Below are positions 58,986 to 64,000 of a DNA stretch of 64,000 bases, piece after piece; positions within the stretch are counted from its first letter, which is position 1; each line of letters opens with the position of its first letter. Made by a program: the position numbers and the translations under genes. Origin of the DNA: the human T2T-CHM13v2.0 reference genome, Homo sapiens; the NCBI RefSeq assembly GCF_009914755.1, contig NC_060933.1. One strand, given 5' to 3'. The notes under the pieces were generated by a model. That model was not told where the DNA came from, did no database searches, and worked only from the letters and a program-made list of their open reading frames with translations.

Positions 58986-59619
58986 CTGGGGAAAATATAC
59001 TGTTTATAGCACAGATTTTTTTTGTCTTAGTGTAAAAATTCAACGCTTTATTTACAGCTGCTCATTTTCACAGGAAAAATATGTTCTAGATTTAATGTTT
59101 TGATTTTGTTGTTGCTGTGTGTGTTTACATCAGCCTTATTTACTTCTAATTTAAAATTAATTCATCTTAGACTTATAAAAAGAGGAGCTTAGAAAAGATC
59201 GCCCTATTTTCTCATTTTACAAATAAAATAACTCTTCCCATGTCAAAAGGCTGGTCAGTGACAGAGCCATATCTAGAAGAAGGTTCTAATATAAGTTCCT
59301 TTCAGGTCACCATTCTGCTTCATTAATTTAAAAATATTTGTCCTGCCTGTATTGAAGACACTGGGGAGATTCAAAAGAAAACCCATGGATCCCACCTCCG
59401 TGAAGCTTGCAATCTGGAGACCGTTTGTGCTAAAATGTGTTCTGTTGTTGCTGAAAATCTTATTCTAAAAAGAAGCTATCACACCATTTGTATTAGCTGT
59501 TTTATGACAATCTAGTGTGAAGCCCAGCCTCTTTTCCCTGTAGAAATGTGTTGATTGTCCCATATTTTAGTTAGGAAATCAATTTTAGTAATGTTCTTCC
59601 TATCACCTCAGTCTGTCTC

Positions 59620-61930
59620 TGATATGGTTTGGCTGTGTCCCCACTCAAATCTCAACTTGAATTATATCTCCCAGAATTCCCACGTGTTGTGGGAGAGACC
59701 AAGGGAAAGGTAATTGAATCATAGGTGCCTGCCTTTCCCATGCTATTCTCGTGATAGTGAATACATCTCACAAGATCTGATGGGTTTGTCAGGGGTTTCC
59801 ACTTTTGCTTCTTCCTCATTTTTCTCTTGCTGCTGCCATGAAAGAAGTGCCTTTTGCCTCCTGCTATGATTCTGAGGCCTCTCTGGCCGTGTGAAACTAT
59901 AAGTCCAATTAAACTTACTCTTTTTTTTCCCGGTTTCAGATATCTTTATCAGCAGTGTGAAAATGAACTAATACAGTAAGTAAATTGGTACGAGTAGAGT
60001 GGGGCGTCGCTGAAAAGATAGCTGAAAATAGGGAAGTGACTTTGGAACTGGGTAACAGGCAGAGGTTGGAAGAGTTTGGAAGGCTCAGAAGAAGAAAGGA
60101 AAATATGGAAAAGTTTGGAACCTCCTAGAGACTTGTTAAACGGCTTTGACAAAAATGCTGATAGTGATATGAACAATAAGGTCCAGGCTGAAGTGGTCTC
60201 AGATGGAGCTGAGGAACTTGTTGGGAACTGGAGCAAAGGTGATTCTTGTTATGTTTTAGCAAAGAGACTGGTGGCATTTTTCCCTTGCCCTAGACATTTG
60301 TGAGACTTTGAACCTAAGAGAGATTATTTAGGGTGTCTGGTGGAAGAAATTTCTAAGCAGTAAAGCATTCAAAGGTGACTTGGATGCTGTTAAAAGCATT
60401 CCATTTTAAAAGGGAAACAGATCATAAAAGTTCAGAAAATTTGCAGGCTGACAATGCAGTAGAAAAGAAAAACCCATTTTTGGGGGAGAAATTCAAGCCA
60501 GCTGCAGAAATTTGCATAAGTAGCAAGGAACCTAATGTTAATCCCCAAGACCATGGGGAAAATGTCTCCAGGCTATGTCAAAGATTTTCAGGGGAGCTCC
60601 TCCCATCACAGGCCCAGAGGCCCAGGAGGAAAAAGTGGTTTTGTGGGCTGAGCCCTGGGTCCCCATGCTGTGTGCAGCCTAGGGACTAGGGGCCCTGTGT
60701 CCCAGCTGCTCTAGCCATGACTTAAAGGGGCCATTATAGAGCTCGGGCCATGGCTTCTGATGGTGCAAGCCCCAAGCCTTGGCAGCTTCCACGTGGTGTT
60801 GAGCCTGGGGGTACACAGAATTCAAGAACTAAGGTTTGGGAACCTCTCTCTAGATTTCAGAAGATGTATGAAAACACTTGGATGCCCAGGCAAAAGTTTG
60901 CTTCAGGGGTGGGGCCCTCATGGAGAACCTCTGCTAGGGAGATGCAGAAGGGAAAAGTGGGGTTAGAGTCCCTACACAGAGTCCCTACTGGGGCATCGCC
61001 TAGTGGAGCTGTGAGAAGAGGGCCACCATCCTCCAGACCCCAGAATGGTAGATCCACTGACAGCTTGCACTGTGTGTCTGGAAAAGCCACAGGTACTCAA
61101 TGCCAGCCCATAAAAGCAGCCAGGCCATAAAAGCAGCCAGGAGTGGGGGCTATACTCTGAAAAGCCACAGGGGTGGAGCTGCCCAAAACTATGGGAATCT
61201 ACCTCTTACGTCAGCGTGACATGGATGTGAGACCTGGAGTCAAAAGAGATCATTTTGGAGCTTTAAAACTTGACTGCCTGCTGGATTTTAGACTGGCATG
61301 GGTCCTATAACCCTTTTGTTTTGGTCAATTTCTCTCATTTTGAATAGCTATATTTACCCAATACCTGTACACCCATTGTATCTAGGAAGCAACTAGCTTG
61401 CTTTTGATTTTACAGGCTCATAGGTGGAAGAGACTTGCCTTGTCTCAGATGAGACTTTGGACTGTGGACTTTTGGGTTAATGCTGAAATGAGTTAAGACT
61501 TTGGGGGACTGTTGGGAAGGCATGAATTTTTTTGAAATGTGTGAACAGGAGATTTGGAGGGGCCAGGGGTGAAATGATATAATTTGGCTGTGTCCTCACC
61601 TAAAACTCAACTCGCATTGTATCTCCCAGAATTCCCACATGTTGTGGGAGGCACCCAGGGGAAGGTAACAGATTCATGGGGGCCAGTCTTTCCCATGCTA
61701 TTCTTGTGATAGTGAATTAAGTCTCACGAGATCTGATAGGTTTATCAGGCATTTCCGCTTTTGCTTATTCCTCATTTTTCTCCTGCTGACACAATGAAAG
61801 AAGTGCCTTTCACCTCCCACCATGATTCTGAGTCCTCCCCAGCCATGTGGAACTGTAAGTCCAATTAAACCTCTTTTTGTTCCCAGGTTCAGGTATGTCT
61901 TTATCAACAGCGTGAAAACAAACTAATACA
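59620..61930 (+). mobile_element. Complete THE1A MaLR element (5'LTR 59620-59975, internal 59976-61574, 3'LTR 61575-61930)
   Basis: Two THE1A-type LTRs (aaatctcaacttgaatt...tcccagaattccc...ttttgcttcttcctcatt); internal ORF fragments EGSEEERKIWKSLEPPRDLLNGFD; TSD gtctc/atctc. Confidence 0.95.
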
Positions 61931-63354
61931 ATCTCAAATAACTATGCCCCATGAGTGAGAGGGCTGAGCTTCAGAATTAATTAGATTGAATTCAGGCTCA
62001 AGTATACTCTTCCTATTCTTTGAGCTTTCCTCTGTCCCTACTCAATATATTTGCAAGCTAATGTTCCATTTCTCCTTGCATGCCAGATTATTTGTCCTAC
62101 AGCCATAAATTGCTCTTTTTAAAAGAGACTATCTGTCAACATTACATGGGCCTTCCTGATCCCTCAGTCCAGTGGAGGTAACCAAAGACATCTAATTGCA
62201 GGAGATAGAAGTTACAGCTGCCAATCCTAGGGAAAAAGTAATACATCCTATCCAGTATGCTGGGACATCCTACTGTAGCACAGCAAGCTTTGGCTGTGGA
62301 AACTTCTCCTGTCCATATGGTGTTTCCATGTTTCTACTTGCTTCTCTCGACTTAGTTTTCGTGATTTATGACAAAGGTGACAATTACAGCAATGATTATG
62401 ATCATCATCATAATGATATCTATCAAGCAGTGACAAGTAATTTTATAAATACCATGTCATTTTTATTTTGATCTACAAAAAAAGGGTATATTTCACAATT
62501 TTTGCAAAGATGACCAACTACATATATCACCTTTCTTTTTTGTAGCATTGCATTCTCTCAAACACAATTGTCGATCCGTACTAGTACCCTATCTGATGCC
62601 TCCATGGAATCTTCAAAAGGCATTTCCTTGTTTCAGCTGGAGGTGTTATACCACTATCAGTGTTGTTAACAATTTTACATGCTTATTTTATTTTTGCATA
62701 TTTTATGTTTGTATAAAATTTGTTAGAACCACTGCTGCCTTCTTTATAGCAAATTAAAAATAGTAGACAAAAATAGAAGGCTAAAATCCAGCATAAAATA
62801 CTCTTTATACAAATGCATATCCCACTCCTTCCAACAATTCCTGCTGAAAGCCCCCAGTATGAAGTCCAAATGTAAAAGTGAATCCTAATGTCACTATGCT
62901 CTATCCCTAGAGTCTGTCTCAGCACAACCTGGCAACACACACAAAAATCAGACACAACTCTAATCTCAAAGCATTGATAAGTAGCAAAATTTTGCTTGTG
63001 GTTTTGATGAAGAGATAGAGGAAGAAAGGATGACTTCTATCTTATAAAAATAGAAAGGTTCCCTTTAATAAATCCAAACTTATCTTCATGTTTCTCCTCC
63101 TCCATCAACTGCTGTCTTCTATTTTCCTTGAAACCTTTCTCTTTATAATTATGTCCAATAAAATTGATCCTCTATCTTTTCTCACTCAATCTTTCCCCAA
63201 ACTGTCCACCAAATCTCATTTCATAGAACTACTTCGCAAAATAAAACAAATGAATCTAGTACTTTGGGGAAGTAAAGGAAAAGAAAAACAACTAGCACCT
63301 ACCTAACAGACAGCATTTTGTTCCATATGGAAGAAGGTTTAAGGGAAGGGGTTG

Positions 63355-63356
<2 letters not shown>

Positions 63357-63406
<50 letters not shown>
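63357..63406. repeat. (GT)n microsatellite, ~24 units
   Basis: Direct reading. Confidence 0.98.
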
Positions 63407-63411
<5 letters not shown>

Positions 63412-63924
63412 AGGTGGGGGCAGATTTCAGTGGAGCTGAGCTCATCTCTCCAAAACAACTTGCTGACATTTTATTTCTTTTTTTAAAAAAAAAAAAAAAT
63501 GTAATCTGAATGCCATTTAGCTTTCACAACTTTCCTCAGTGCTGGTCTTATGTTATCAACTTCCTGTTGGAAAATTCAATAGCCTACCAAAATCTCAAAC
63601 CTATTTTATTAATAAAAATAACTCATTATGTGTGCTGGGAGATTTGCTTCTTTTCAACCTGTTTGATTCATCTTATCATCAAAGTGCTCAAAATTTAAAC
63701 CTTAGAGTCTTCTCACCTCCTGCATCTAAGTGGCTCTAATTGAAAGTATCTCAAAGCCTTTCCCATCAGCATCTCCATCATCAAAGCCTTGCTTTAACCT
63801 CTCATATCTCTTATACAGATTTTGCAATAGCCACTTAAATAGCTTCAATTTTCTGCCACCAGAAATTGCTTTCCTCTTTTATATAATACGTTCCCTATGA
63901 TTAAGAACTTTTGTTTTCACTGTT

Positions 63925-64000
63925 TATTATACAAAATTTCAAACTGATAGAAAAGTAATGGAAATAATAAAATAAACCTAAGTACCCATCAACCAGTTTT
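63925..64000 (-). mobile_element. L1M 3'-end fragment running off the window
   Basis: aaaatttcaaactgatagaaaagt..aaataataaaataaacc..gtacccatcaaccag. Confidence 0.55.

Noticed and set aside
59949-61130. ORFs of 68-126 aa
   Set aside because: Decayed THE1 internal ORF fragments.
63357-63420. (TG)nTTTTCAAG resembling a TDP-43-controlled acceptor
   Set aside because: AAG acceptor, short T-tract and no plausible downstream donor.

Overview
AT-rich, CpG-poor primate genomic DNA (it carries AluY, L1PA, THE1A and MLT2A elements; probably human or ape, intergenic or deep intronic). I find no supportable protein-coding exon, RNA gene or CpG island. The ORF track consists of decayed L1, Tigger1, THE1 and Alu translations, microsatellite reading frames and short chance ORFs. 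Roughly 40-45% (by-eye estimate) is recognisable transposon sequence: a 5'-inverted L1PA abutting a truncated Tigger1, a long 5' L1M relic with nested MER39 and Alus, 13 Alus, many MaLR/ERV solo LTRs, a complete THE1A provirus and small hAT/Tc DNA elements. The notable signals are rearrangement and repair scars rather than genes. (1) A ~99% identical 230-bp inverted duplication of apparently unique DNA (48885-49114 / 49918-50148) has a 22-bp templated junction insert. (2) An L1 that looks chimeric (older 5' half, younger 3' half) lacks a TSD and abuts a Tigger1 missing ~500 bp, suggesting an L1-L1 recombination deletion. (3) A 57-bp L1 3'UTR 'patch' has no poly(A) or TSD. (4) There are clusters of short zig-zag inverted repeats. 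Weaker candidates are a consensus recursive splice site and microexons, and DUX4 and NRF2 motifs. I do not see evidence for a wholly new biological system. Repeat subfamily calls come from remembered consensus sequences, not from a search.
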